Positions 1-8,642 are shown, numbered from the stretch's first letter. The stretch: 44,776 nucleotides of DNA from a virus (IMGVR_UViG_3300048855_000198:1-44776); one strand, 5' to 3'. Notes: generated from the sequence alone by a model not told the origin. Numbers and translations are program-made.

Positions 1-1110
1 TCAGTTGATTGCGGCTCTGGCCAAGCGCTCACCGATCGCCACAACGACCCTCGCCTGGTCGGCATATTTCGCCCGGATCGCCGCCACATCCTTTGTATCC
101 CAGCCGACGATGTCGCTGATCTCGCGATCGTTCAGACCGGCGATGCAGCAGCGCGTCACGAACGTCCCGCGGAGATCGTGCAGGTGCTTCGTGATCCCGG
201 CGGCTTTCTTCGCGTCGTCGAAGCGGCTGCCGAAGCCCGTCGCCGTCCAGGGCTGCCAGCGGCTGTTCGCAAGCACTGTCGCGGGGAGCGGTCGACGCTT
301 CGAATCAGGCCTGCCGGCCATGTCTGCCTCATGGCGCGCGACGATGCGCGCGAGCAGCGCCTTGGTCTCGGGCAGCAGCGGGATCGTCGCTAGATTGCGC
401 CCGCGGCTCTTGTTCGTCTTCCAGACGATCGCATGCTCGCCGATGGCATCCCACGGCAACTCGACGAGATCCCCACGCCGCAGGCCAGTGAACGCCGCCA
501 GGGCCACACCCTCGTTCACCTCGACAGAGGCGGCGGCCGCGATTCGCTCAAAGTCGCTCGCTTCCCAGATCACGTCGGAGCGGTTGGCATCGTACAGCTG
601 CCCGACACCCTTCACGACGTTGACGGTCAATTTTCCGCGATCGTAGCCCCAGCTTAGCAGGCGCGAGAACGTCTGCATTGCAGCGTCGGCGCTCCGCGGC
701 TTGTCCGCCCACTGATCGCGCCACTCGAGCACGTCCGCTCGAACCTTGCGGTCTTCGAAGACGGCGAGAGGCGCTTCGCCAAACTCATCCTCGATCCGAC
801 CAAGCCAGGTGTTGTGCGATGTCCGCGTCGATTGAGCGAGCTTCTGGAACTCGGGGGCATTGCGAAAGGCAGTGATCAGCCCCGCCATGTTCGAAGAGCT
901 CCGCGCTGGCGTCTCCCGCCCGGCCTTGCGAGCCTCGGCAGCGGCGTCCGTCAGCGCAGCCGTGATTTTCGGCCGCGGCCCCTCTGCCTTGTGGATCAGC
1001 GGGCCACCACGCCACGCATAGACGTACCACCTGAGCGGCCGCCCTACCTTTCGCTTGCAGACGATATGAAGACCGGCAGGCATCAGCGACCCGCTCGCTT
1101 TGCGGCCCAT
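1..1110 (-). CDS. int: Phage integrase, tyrosine recombinase
   Basis: Catalytic set visible: TGLRRGD (R), KTNKS (K), HLHDLRGT (HxxR), IVGW, AKY (Y). Confidence 0.95.
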   Translation of the reverse strand: MGRKASGSLMPAGLHIVCKRKVGRPLRWYVYAWRGGPLIHKAEGPRPKITAALTDAAAEARKAGRETPARSSSNMAGLITAFRNAPEFQKLAQSTRTSHNTWLGRIEDEFGEAPLAVFEDRKVRADVLEWRDQWADKPRSADAAMQTFSRLLSWGYDRGKLTVNVVKGVGQLYDANRSDVIWEASDFERIAAAASVEVNEGVALAAFTGLRRGDLVELPWDAIGEHAIVWKTNKSRGRNLATIPLLPETKALLARIVARHEADMAGRPDSKRRPLPATVLANSRWQPWTATGFGSRFDDAKKAAGITKHLHDLRGTFVTRCCIAGLNDREISDIVGWDTKDVAAIRAKYADQARVVVAIGERLARAAIN

Positions 1111-1280
1111 TTCGCATAGGCGTCGTCAGCTGCCGGCAGCGACCGCTCCGTCAGGATGCGGACAGTCCCGTCAGGATCGACCTCAAAGCCGCCGATTTTC
1201 ATGCCGGCATCTTTCGCCGCGGCTATTGCACGATCGATCACAGATCGACGCGGATAGGCTGTCGTCGCGCGGGCGGTCAT
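1083..1280 (-). CDS. Small protein overlapping int, probable excisionase/directionality factor
   Basis: 65 aa MTARATTAYPRRSVIDRAIAAAKDAG...; ATGA-coupled to the upstream gene; overlaps the int start; positional call. Confidence 0.55.
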   Translation of the reverse strand: MTARATTAYPRRSVIDRAIAAAKDAGMKIGGFEVDPDGTVRILTERSLPAADDAYAKWAAKRAGR

Positions 1281-1663
1281 TTGCACTCCCCCATTCGATA
1301 TTGGCGCCAGTACCGGTCCCACCCGACGGCGGCACCGGCCGTAATCGCGGCACACGACAAGCTACGCCCGTCTGGCAGCGTGCAGCGCGCGACGACGCGG
1401 CTGTAGCTCTTGCCCTCCGGCTGGCAGGTCAGACGCTTGCCGAGCGTCAGGCTCGACACGATCCACTGAGCCCGCGCCGCGGCGCGATCGTCGCAGGTAT
1501 AGGCGGCGCGGCGCGCGGCCGGGCGGCGACAGGGTGCCGCGCTTTTGAAATCCGGCGCCTGGATGCCAGCGATCCGGACCTTCTGACCCGATCGGCACCA
1601 GAGCGGCCCGTCCCCGTCATGAACGCGCACGACCTCGCAGGTGAACGGCGGGAGCGGCGTCAT
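1277..1663 (-). CDS. Thermonuclease (SNase) family protein
   Basis: VVRVHDGDG, KVRIAGIQAPD, SYSRVVARC and AGAA motifs typical of staphylococcal nuclease homologues. Confidence 0.85.
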   Translation of the reverse strand: MTPLPPFTCEVVRVHDGDGPLWCRSGQKVRIAGIQAPDFKSAAPCRRPAARRAAYTCDDRAAARAQWIVSSLTLGKRLTCQPEGKSYSRVVARCTLPDGRSLSCAAITAGAAVGWDRYWRQYRMGECK

Positions 1664-1905
1664 CGCCCCTCCCCTTCGTCGTTCTGCTGGAGGGCGGCGC
1701 CGAAGTGCGAATTATGCAGCGGGCATTCCCAGTCGCAATATTCGCTGCCAGCGGCACCACAATAGCCATCCGGCCCCATCATGCAGTCTTCCAGATCATC
1801 GTCCTCGTCGGGCTGGTCGTCATCGTCAAAGCACACACAGTGCGGCAGGCCGCAATCCGGGCACCGCGACTCATCCGCGCAGATCGCTGCAACGTCGGTG
1901 GTCAT
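1660..1905 (-). CDS. Small Cys-rich acidic hypothetical protein (possible metal binding)
   Basis: CPDCGLPHCVC and CGAAGSEYCDWECP; ATGA overlaps on both sides. Confidence 0.7.
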   Translation of the reverse strand: MTTDVAAICADESRCPDCGLPHCVCFDDDDQPDEDDDLEDCMMGPDGYCGAAGSEYCDWECPLHNSHFGAALQQNDEGEGR

Positions 1906-2213
1906 GGGCGTGACTCCGCGAGCAAGCGTTCGAAAGGTGCACGGTCACCGCCCGCGGTCGTTAGGATTAGCGGACGGATCATTTCCCAAAGCGCATCCAC
2001 CGCAGCGGCCGGTTCAACGTCCTTCCCGGTGGCATTTTTCGTCAGCGCCGCCACATAGCCAGCCGCAGCGGCGAGCGATCCAGCACTTGCGGATATGGCG
2101 ACCATCATCCGATCGGCCGGATCTTCAAGAAGGGTCGCGGTCCGCTCGACTGCCGCGTGACAATCCTCTTGCGCTTTTCGGCACAAGTCCTTGGTGATGA
2201 TGTCGTAGCTCAT
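1902..2213 (-). CDS. Hypothetical phage protein
   Basis: ATGA-coupled gene in the leftward operon. Confidence 0.75.
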   Translation of the reverse strand: MSYDIITKDLCRKAQEDCHAAVERTATLLEDPADRMMVAISASAGSLAAAAGYVAALTKNATGKDVEPAAAVDALWEMIRPLILTTAGGDRAPFERLLAESRP

Positions 2214-2629
2214 GCCTCACCCCCGTCGCCCGCGGGCTTGAGGGCGCGGAGACGCTTGAGGATGTTGTCACGCATCGACGCCCGTGCGCGAGCATAGTCG
2301 GTCCAGTCGCTTTCCGGGTTCTGCGGCCCTTCCTCGTTTACGATCGTGATTGCCTGTTCCAGCAAGTCCCCGCCGGGGGTGATGGCGGCACCATAGGACT
2401 GCGCTGGCGAACCAGATTGCACCGCATAGCCGCTGGTCGGGTTCCTCACTTCTCGCGCTTGGCGCTGGCTTAGCGTTTCCCCGCCGGGGGTGGTGGCGAG
2501 AGCATCTGCAATTTGCTCGGCTTTGGCCATAGCGTCATCGCGAGCGACTGTTGCGTTCCAACTTGTCGTTTCGAACGCCCATGGCTCAAGAATGTGAGCG
2601 ATGATGCTGATGATCTCCGACCGGCTCAT
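2210..2629 (-). CDS. Hypothetical phage protein
   Basis: ATGA-coupled; TPGG linker occurs twice. Confidence 0.7.
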   Translation of the reverse strand: MSRSEIISIIAHILEPWAFETTSWNATVARDDAMAKAEQIADALATTPGGETLSQRQAREVRNPTSGYAVQSGSPAQSYGAAITPGGDLLEQAITIVNEEGPQNPESDWTDYARARASMRDNILKRLRALKPAGDGGEA

Positions 2630-3864
2630 TTGCGCGATCCCTTCGTCTGGTAGGCATCGACCACAGCGGGCGTGTGATGGTGCGGTTTGTCATCGCCGCA
2701 AATCGGGCAAGCGAACGTGCCTTGCACCTCCCCGCCGCCCGCCGCCCCGTCCGTCGCATCGGTGGGGGTGGCTAGGGCTGCGTCGATCCGGTTCAACAGA
2801 TCACGGCCATCGCTGTGTTCGTGCGCCTCAAGCGCATCGTTTACGTACCAACGGGCTTCCCGCAGCAACCCCACCTTTCCGAGCAGCAGGTCAGCGTAAA
2901 CCCCCGCCGCTTCGTCCATCGACATGTACGGACCGTCGCGCATTTCCGCTGTGCCTGCGCGACCGTAGCCTCGGCTGGCAGTGCGAAACTCCCTCGTGAA
3001 CGCCTCCCGCAACCCCGCCCCGGTGTCGCTCGCGACCTTGGGGGCATCAGCTTGTTGCAAGATACGGCCCGTCTCGACGCCGGTCCGCCACAGCCGTTTG
3101 ATACCGTCGAGGTCGAACACCTCCCCCACGTCACTAACCGCCCTCCCAAGCATCAGGTCAGCGTAAACGCCGGCAGCATCGTCCATCGACATGTACGGGC
3201 CATCGCGCATCTCTGCCGTGCCTGCACGACCAGTGCCCCGGCTGGCTTCGCGGAACTCGCTACGCAGGGCATCGCGAAGGCCGGCGTCGTTCTCGCTTAC
3301 AACCTTGGGGGCGGCGGAAATACGCACAGGACTTGCGATTTCGCTCTCGTACAGTTCCGAAGGGTGCATCCGCTCGCCTCGCGCCTCGCAGGCGTCCTGC
3401 AGATGAACCAATGGCTGCGCGTCGAACCCGCACGAATTGCATTCGTAGCCGGTGTCCAGCGACCCGGTCTTGCAGGCCGGACAATTATCCCAATCGGGGT
3501 CATCCGGATTACGACGCACCTCCCCCGCCGGAACCGCGGCATCGCTCGCGGGCGGGGTGGCGCGAAGGTGAGCGGCATAGTCGGCGAGTTGCATGATATG
3601 CTGCTCGTTCGGGTGATCCTGATGCCACCGGGCGCACAGCCACGCCTTTGCGTCGGCCAAGTCCTGCGCTCGCGTCTGGGGCAGCATGCTAGATTTGCTC
3701 TCGCGCACTGTTGCGAGAGCTTCGAGCAGAGCTAGCATGTACGGCTTGCTATCAGCGTCACCGCGTTGCGTGGCGAAAGTACTGATGCCGTCATAGATAC
3801 CAGGCAAAGCGTGTTTGAGCGCCAGCGCCCGCGCATCGGACAGCCCATCGGGGTTATTGGTCAT
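2626..3864 (-). CDS. Mosaic hypothetical protein with Zn-ribbon motifs and an internal duplication
   Basis: AGGAG RBS; CPACKTG..ECNSC and CPICG; module ..GRAGTAEMRDGPYMSMD.AAGVYADL.LG present twice. Confidence 0.8.
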   Translation of the reverse strand: MTNNPDGLSDARALALKHALPGIYDGISTFATQRGDADSKPYMLALLEALATVRESKSSMLPQTRAQDLADAKAWLCARWHQDHPNEQHIMQLADYAAHLRATPPASDAAVPAGEVRRNPDDPDWDNCPACKTGSLDTGYECNSCGFDAQPLVHLQDACEARGERMHPSELYESEIASPVRISAAPKVVSENDAGLRDALRSEFREASRGTGRAGTAEMRDGPYMSMDDAAGVYADLMLGRAVSDVGEVFDLDGIKRLWRTGVETGRILQQADAPKVASDTGAGLREAFTREFRTASRGYGRAGTAEMRDGPYMSMDEAAGVYADLLLGKVGLLREARWYVNDALEAHEHSDGRDLLNRIDAALATPTDATDGAAGGGEVQGTFACPICGDDKPHHHTPAVVDAYQTKGSRK

Positions 3865-4003
3865 GGGTCGACTCCTGTTGGGCGAGGTGGGCGCGGGGCT
3901 TAAGGCGAGCCGGTATGCTGTTCGGTGCGGCCGTGAAGCACGCCCTCATTCGGGCGGCCGTATCAGCCGCGACCTTGGCCAGCGCGGGCGACATTGCGCT
4001 CAT
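3854..4003 (-). CDS. Small hypothetical protein (49 aa, below ORF-track cutoff)
   Basis: GGAGGG RBS, MSAMSPALAKVAADTAARMRACF...; fills the operon gap. Confidence 0.5.
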   Translation of the reverse strand: MSAMSPALAKVAADTAARMRACFTAAPNSIPARLKPRAHLAQQESTHDQ

Positions 4004-4067
4004 CCCTCCGCCCCTCCTTGCGTGGAGGACAGGGCATCGGGCAGCACAGCGGGAGTGCGGGAAGAGG

Positions 4068-4832
4068 TCATGCTCGGCGCTCCCGTAGCTTGCGAGCCGT
4101 CAGGATGCTGTCCAAGCGATCACGGCCCTGATTGTAGGCCGACTCCAGATCATGCCAGTTGCGGTTGCTGATGGCGGCACCGATTGCCTGTATTTCCCGC
4201 GAGCGCAGCAGGTTGAGGGCGGCGCTTTCACCGTCCTCGCTTTCTGCATCCTGTAAAATTCGCCCAGCCTCGACGCCTGTACGCCACAGCTTCTTGAGGC
4301 CGTCGAGATCGAACACCTCGCTGACACTGGTCGCGGGCTTCCGGCCGTCGAGTATGGCGAGGATGTCTTGGCGCTCGATACCCCCTGTTCCGCGCGCGAA
4401 GCAAAACGAGATTTCCGGAAAGTGCGGCTTCAAGGCTTCGAGCACGTCGAAGATGAAGGCCTGATCTTCTCCCGTCGCTACCTCCCCCGCCATCGGTGCT
4501 GGGCCATGGGTGGCGAGCAAGCGCTTGATGTAGCGAACGGCGACCTCCGCTTGTGAAGCCAAGTAGGCCAACGACGCGCTAGGATCATCCTTCTGTCCGG
4601 CGAGCGCAGCTTCGAACCGCACCACATAATCCGCGGCACCAGCAACGGTCGCTATCGCCGCCTCCCGCAGACCTTCCGCAACCGGGCGGGGATCGGAGTG
4701 GGCGAGGCGGTGGCGGGCGACAATCTGCTGCGCCGCTGCGATCCCATCGGATTTGCGCAAAGCAGCAAGCGCTTCGACAAGGTCGATATCCGCCTGGATC
4801 ACCGCCACCACCTCGTTGCTTGCGGCGGTCAT
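4068..4832 (-). CDS. Mosaic hypothetical protein (start MTAASNEVV)
   Basis: GAGGAG RBS and ATGA overlap at 4829-4832; shares the EVFDLDG.K.LWRTGVE.GRILQ module with the 2626..3864 gene. Confidence 0.75.
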   Translation of the reverse strand: MTAASNEVVAVIQADIDLVEALAALRKSDGIAAAQQIVARHRLAHSDPRPVAEGLREAAIATVAGAADYVVRFEAALAGQKDDPSASLAYLASQAEVAVRYIKRLLATHGPAPMAGEVATGEDQAFIFDVLEALKPHFPEISFCFARGTGGIERQDILAILDGRKPATSVSEVFDLDGLKKLWRTGVEAGRILQDAESEDGESAALNLLRSREIQAIGAAISNRNWHDLESAYNQGRDRLDSILTARKLRERRA

Positions 4833-4939
4833 GGCAGGGGCTCCTCGTTGGGATTGGAGTTGTCGTTCGGCACGTAGCGCGCGGCGAAAGTGACAAGGGC
4901 GAGTCCGATCAACAGTGCGACGATGTCGGCGGCGCTCAT
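4829..4939 (-). CDS. Small membrane protein (36 aa)
   Basis: MSAADIVALLIGLALVTFAARY...; ATGA-coupled on both sides. Confidence 0.55.
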   Translation of the reverse strand: MSAADIVALLIGLALVTFAARYVPNDNSNPNEEPLP

Positions 4940-5142
4940 GATGCGACAACCAGGACGATGAGCAGCAGCACGGCGGCGCACACCAGCCGAAAGCGCCGGG
5001 CGCGGCGCGTCTCGCAGTCGATGCACCCGCATCCCGAGGCATGCTCGAACGGACGAGTGTAGGGGCACCGCACCGGCGAGACCGCGAAGTTCGTCGGGTA
5101 ATCCGGGTCGCGCACCGCGCGCGAGATAAACGCGGCGATCAT
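4936..5142 (-). CDS. Small protein with HxxxCxCxxC and a C-terminal TM helix
   Basis: HASGCGCIDC followed by hydrophobic LVCAAVLLLIVLVVAS; ATGA-coupled. Confidence 0.7.
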   Translation of the reverse strand: MIAAFISRAVRDPDYPTNFAVSPVRCPYTRPFEHASGCGCIDCETRRARRFRLVCAAVLLLIVLVVAS

Positions 5143-5381
5143 GCGCGCACCTGAAGGGCTGGCGGGGCGGCGGCTTCGACACCGCGGCGCTGGGGGTTGC
5201 GTGCGACGTGGGGCGTCGCCGAAGCAGCTGGGGAAACGGGACGCCCGTGGTAGGCGTCGACCATGCGGCGCCAGCTGGGCGCGATCGTCGCGACCATGGC
5301 GTAGAGGGAGAAGCCCCCTGCCCCGGCGAACACGGCGAGGGACAGCACGCCGAGCGCGTGCTGCGCATGATCCATGGTCAT
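5139..5381 (-). CDS. Small membrane protein
   Basis: Hydrophobic N-terminal segment; coupled to neighbours. Confidence 0.65.
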   Translation of the reverse strand: MTMDHAQHALGVLSLAVFAGAGGFSLYAMVATIAPSWRRMVDAYHGRPVSPAASATPHVARNPQRRGVEAAAPPALQVRA

Positions 5382-5812
5382 CAGTATCTCCGCACGGAAT
5401 AAGCGGCGGGCGTGCGAAGCGGTCGCTGTGCCCAGCCGTCAGGATAGACCCAAGCGGTGGCTCCGCTGGGCGTAATGACTTGGATTTTGCCGTCAGCCTT
5501 GACCTTGCCGGTCACCGGGCATTCGAAGTGGAAGACCTCGGGCAAATCGTATTGGCCGCATGTCAGTTCGTCGCCGGCCTGCCGCTTCACCAGCATCGCC
5601 GGCGCAGTCAGGACGTCTCGCCCGAGCGAGATCAGCGCGGCCTCCTGCTCTTCGGTGAAGCGCTCGCCGCCAACGAACGCGATTGCAGTGCGCTCAGCAC
5701 CGCGAATAGTGCCGAACCACAGGGGACGCTTTCCGCTCGGCGTCCAGAGGTCGCTAAGCCCCTGGCGGCCAACAGGTGGCTTGTCAAAGGCGACAGAGAT
5801 ACCAAGCGCCAT
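5381..5812 (-). CDS. Hypothetical phage protein (start MALGISV)
   Basis: TGATG overlap with the upstream gene. Confidence 0.65.
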   Translation of the reverse strand: MALGISVAFDKPPVGRQGLSDLWTPSGKRPLWFGTIRGAERTAIAFVGGERFTEEQEAALISLGRDVLTAPAMLVKRQAGDELTCGQYDLPEVFHFECPVTGKVKADGKIQVITPSGATAWVYPDGWAQRPLRTPAAYSVRRY

Positions 5813-6051
5813 CAGAGCACCATCGCCGCATCGGCGGCGGCGCGGGCTTTCAGCCACTCGGCGCCGTCGGGAGTGATGTGCCAGGCTTCGATCCGCGGTA
5901 GCGCGCGTGTGCCGCCGAAGCGGACCAGCTTGCGCCGCTCAAGCGCGGCGAGAACGGGATGCTTGCGCGGCGCGTCGTACCCCTCTCGCCCGATGTAGCG
6001 GACGTAGACCAGCATCGCGGCCTGCGGCTCGGTCAGCGAGATCTGGCTCAT
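5812..6051 (-). CDS. Small winged-helix-like hypothetical protein
   Basis: LTEPQ...LAALERRKLV...WHITPDG pattern; ATGA-coupled to the VRR-NUC gene. Confidence 0.65.
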   Translation of the reverse strand: MSQISLTEPQAAMLVYVRYIGREGYDAPRKHPVLAALERRKLVRFGGTRALPRIEAWHITPDGAEWLKARAAADAAMVL

Positions 6052-6413
6052 CGCCAGCCCCACTGCTTCAACACGACGGCCCCGCCCTCCGGATCGTTTA
6101 CAAGCGCCCACGGCAAGCCGAGGCGGTTCAACTCGTCGCGCCACCACACTTGGGCCGGGTCGAGCTTGCTCAAGCCCTCCCGCTTCACCTCAATGAAGCC
6201 GATCCGGGGCGCGCGCTGGTCGATCACCGTTAGGTCGGGGAAGCCGGGGCTGACGCCGTCCTTTTTCAAGGCGGCGGTCTGCTTCATGCGGGCCTGAACG
6301 TCGCCGGCAAGGTGGCTGCCGTTCGGCGTGTGAACCGCGTAGCAGCCCATCATCGCTAGATGCCGGATAACTGCGCGCTGCACCGGACGTTCGAGAAGAA
6401 GCGGCGGCATCAC
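6048..6413 (-). CDS. VRR-NUC family nuclease
   Basis: LERPVQ, HTPNG, GVSPGFPDL, FIEVK and Q..W motifs of the PD-(D/E)XK VRR-NUC family. Confidence 0.88.
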   Translation of the reverse strand: MMPPLLLERPVQRAVIRHLAMMGCYAVHTPNGSHLAGDVQARMKQTAALKKDGVSPGFPDLTVIDQRAPRIGFIEVKREGLSKLDPAQVWWRDELNRLGLPWALVNDPEGGAVVLKQWGWR

Positions 6414-6562
6414 GCCCGCGCCTCGCGGCGCATGGCCCGGCCGAACTCACGGCGACCGCGCGCCGGTGTGCCGGAATTGCGGCGCAGTCCGCCCGCCATA
6501 TCGATCAGGAAGCGCTCAGTAGCGCCATCCAGTTCGGGGATGAGAGATGCGGCGTTCGCCAC
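6410..6562 (-). CDS. First gene of the PL operon, 50 aa with Arg-rich C-terminus
   Basis: GGAGG RBS + GTG; MANAASLIPELDGATERFLIDMAGGLRRNSGTPARGRREFGRAMRREARA; stop overlaps the next start. Confidence 0.6.
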   Translation of the reverse strand: MANAASLIPELDGATERFLIDMAGGLRRNSGTPARGRREFGRAMRREARA

Positions 6563-6599
6563 GGTGAGCCTCCATGCCGCTCTGTGCGGCTATGGAGCC

Positions 6600-6651
6600 T
6601 ATTTAGTTGGACATATCCAACGCGTCAACAGTTCAGTTGGATTTATCTAAC
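6600..6651 (-). promoter_or_regulatory. PL promoter with OL operators
   Basis: Minus-strand TTGACG-N17-TAAATA; operator GTTGGAcataTCCAAC (6606-6621) in the spacer; second site GTTGGAtttaTCTAAC (6636-6651). Confidence 0.8.
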
Positions 6652-7164
6652 CTATTCGCCGGTGCAGCCGATACCGAGTTCATTCATCAGAGCGAACTTC
6701 TCTGGCGAGTCCGGCTGGTCGCATACCGGCACCTCATCGGGTTGCGCCCGCGAAACTGACCGTGCTCCGGAGGCCGGCTCCGGAGCCGACGCAGGTGAGG
6801 ACGGCTTCGGCTCTTGAGCGTCCGTTGTATCTTTTATGTTCTCCAAGTTTTCGGGCTCGAGGTTGCTATCGTTATGCTGCGCCGCGTGCTTCGTCTTAGG
6901 GTCGTAGACACACCAAAACGTGGCGCGTAGCGGCGCGTTGTACTCATTAGCAGCGTCGTACTCTATGAAGACGTCCTGCTGGCCGTTCTTTCCAACAGCC
7001 GCGACCGTCGATCTGATTTTGCGATATGTCGACGGGGCCTTCAGCGTCGGTAGCAGACGCGCTTCGCATGACGTGATCTGGTCGGGCTCGGCCGAACACG
7101 CGCAGGTCAATAGAGCGGCCAGCGTGGGTACCGCTTGAACAATTCTAAACGAGAGCTGTCTCAT
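6652..7164 (-). CDS. Predicted lipoprotein in the immunity region (superinfection-exclusion candidate)
   Basis: Signal peptide with lipobox-like LLTCAC|S; EYDAANEYNA motif; ATGA overlap with the HIRAN stop. Confidence 0.7.
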   Translation of the reverse strand: MRQLSFRIVQAVPTLAALLTCACSAEPDQITSCEARLLPTLKAPSTYRKIRSTVAAVGKNGQQDVFIEYDAANEYNAPLRATFWCVYDPKTKHAAQHNDSNLEPENLENIKDTTDAQEPKPSSPASAPEPASGARSVSRAQPDEVPVCDQPDSPEKFALMNELGIGCTGE

Positions 7165-7559
7165 GCGCCCCACTCTCCGCCGGGGTCGTCCGGGAAAAAG
7201 CCGCTATCGTCTACCGCTGGGGGCGCTGGACGCTGCTCGACTAGCGTCGGCACCTCGCCATCAAAGGCGACGCGCACCCAGCCGACGGTCGCCTCGAGCG
7301 ACTGGAAGATGGCGGTGGTGGTATGCCCTTGGCGCCAGAGGGTGCCGATGAACACCGCCCGCTCGGACTTGAGATAGCCCAGCTGGATTCCGCGGCAGGA
7401 GAACACGGCGATTGCGTGCTCGTCGAACTGATTCTTGGGCTCCGGGACGAGGTCGACCGGTTCGCCGGGGCGGCATATTTCAAGCTCGAAGCGCCGGCCG
7501 GGGCCGCGCTTGTTGGGATAGTCGATGCCGACGATGGCAAGGCTTAGAGACCTCAGCAT
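7161..7559 (-). CDS. Stand-alone HIRAN domain protein
   Basis: IVGIDY...LVPEPKNQFDEHAIAVF...QLGYL is the HIRAN signature. Confidence 0.88.
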   Translation of the reverse strand: MLRSLSLAIVGIDYPNKRGPGRRFELEICRPGEPVDLVPEPKNQFDEHAIAVFSCRGIQLGYLKSERAVFIGTLWRQGHTTTAIFQSLEATVGWVRVAFDGEVPTLVEQRPAPPAVDDSGFFPDDPGGEWGA

Positions 7560-7573
7560 CGCCGGCAAGCTAT

Positions 7574-7783
7574 TCAGGCGCGCATCATATCCGCAGCGCT
7601 TACGACGCGTCCACGGCGGTCAAGCGTTTGTGAGAAAATCTCTTCATACGTCCGCGGCAGCGCCTTCGTCTGCGGACGATCCGAGACGGTGATTACTCGG
7701 CTTCGGGTCGCCGTCGGCGTCAGCGCTTTCGTTATCATCCGGCTGGTCATCGTCGCCTTCTTGCTCACTGCCGTCTTCCTCAT
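7574..7783 (-). CDS. Small basic protein overlapping the protease 3' end
   Basis: MRKTAVSKKATMTSRMITK...; bridges the gap between the protease stop (7644) and the HIRAN start; start uncertain (7783 or 7750). Confidence 0.4.
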   Translation of the reverse strand: MRKTAVSKKATMTSRMITKALTPTATRSRVITVSDRPQTKALPRTYEEIFSQTLDRRGRVVSAADMMRA

Positions 7784-8642
7784 CGTCGTTCTCTGCACCT
7801 TTGAACGTGTCAGCCACGTAAAGGGTCATCGGCTTTGCCTGTGGCGTTAGCGCCATCGAGTTAAGCAATGCTACTATCATAGCAGCCTGCCCGTCGAGCC
7901 CTTTCACTTCCGTAAACAGCCTGCCAGCCTCTTCGTAGTCGATAACGAACGAGTGCGACGAATAACCGTTGAGCAGCATGTTCAGCGAGGAGTCGTCCGC
8001 CAGGTTGCCCGGTCTGAGGTTCAGTCGGATTGCGTAATCGCGACCGACGTTCTGAGCGCGCTGATCTGCGCCCATTCTCACCGGATCGATCTTCTCGAAA
8101 ATTGGTGACATCATGCCGATCGTCAGGCGAGTTGCGATGTCGGCCGCGGTCCGAAACGTCACTGCGCCGCCGGACCTGTTTTTGATTTCCATCATGTAAC
8201 GTTCGAACATGCCAAACGCCTGATCGCTGAGGCTAGCTAGCGCTGCGCTGAGCACGAGGCCCGAGTCCCGGTCGCCGAGTTCGTCGCGCTTCGCGATTTG
8301 TACGTCGATTGGACCAAGCTGTCCTCTTGGGCCAACGATGAGAACGTCAGCGCATATCGCGATGAGAGTCCCGGCGCTCTTGCACCATCCTGCAACGCAT
8401 ACGGTGATCCGCTCATACGAAGCCTGGAGCATGGCGCCAATCTGATAAGCGGTATCGGCATCGCCACCTTCCGTTACCAAGATGACGAAAGCTTCTTCTC
8501 GCTTATCTTCTTTTGCATCCAGAACGGCGCGCAGCATGTTCTCGACACCTGGCGTCATCGCCGCGTTCACCAGAATAACGTCAGCGCCAAGCGCCTTTTC
8601 GGCGGATTCCAGCAGAGCAGCGACTTCAGTAAAGTTCGGCAA
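7644..8642 (-). CDS. SDH-family ClpP-fold serine protease (PF01972-like)
   Basis: TEGGDAD, CKSAGTLIA (Ser), LGPIDVQ (Asp), YSSHSFVI (His) in S-D-H order; GGAGG RBS + TTG directly after cI. Confidence 0.88.
   Translation of the reverse strand: MPNFTEVAALLESAEKALGADVILVNAAMTPGVENMLRAVLDAKEDKREEAFVILVTEGGDADTAYQIGAMLQASYERITVCVAGWCKSAGTLIAICADVLIVGPRGQLGPIDVQIAKRDELGDRDSGLVLSAALASLSDQAFGMFERYMMEIKNRSGGAVTFRTAADIATRLTIGMMSPIFEKIDPVRMGADQRAQNVGRDYAIRLNLRPGNLADDSSLNMLLNGYSSHSFVIDYEEAGRLFTEVKGLDGQAAMIVALLNSMALTPQAKPMTLYVADTFKGAENDDEEDGSEQEGDDDQPDDNESADADGDPKPSNHRLGSSADEGAAADV

Noticed and set aside
1-60. attL/attR core repeats or target tRNA
   Set aside because: Window begins at the integrase stop codon and no matching direct repeat or tRNA was seen at the right end
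2885-3312. Diverged direct repeat as a DGR template/variable repeat pair
   Set aside because: No reverse transcriptase in the window; differences are not adenine-specific and both copies are coding
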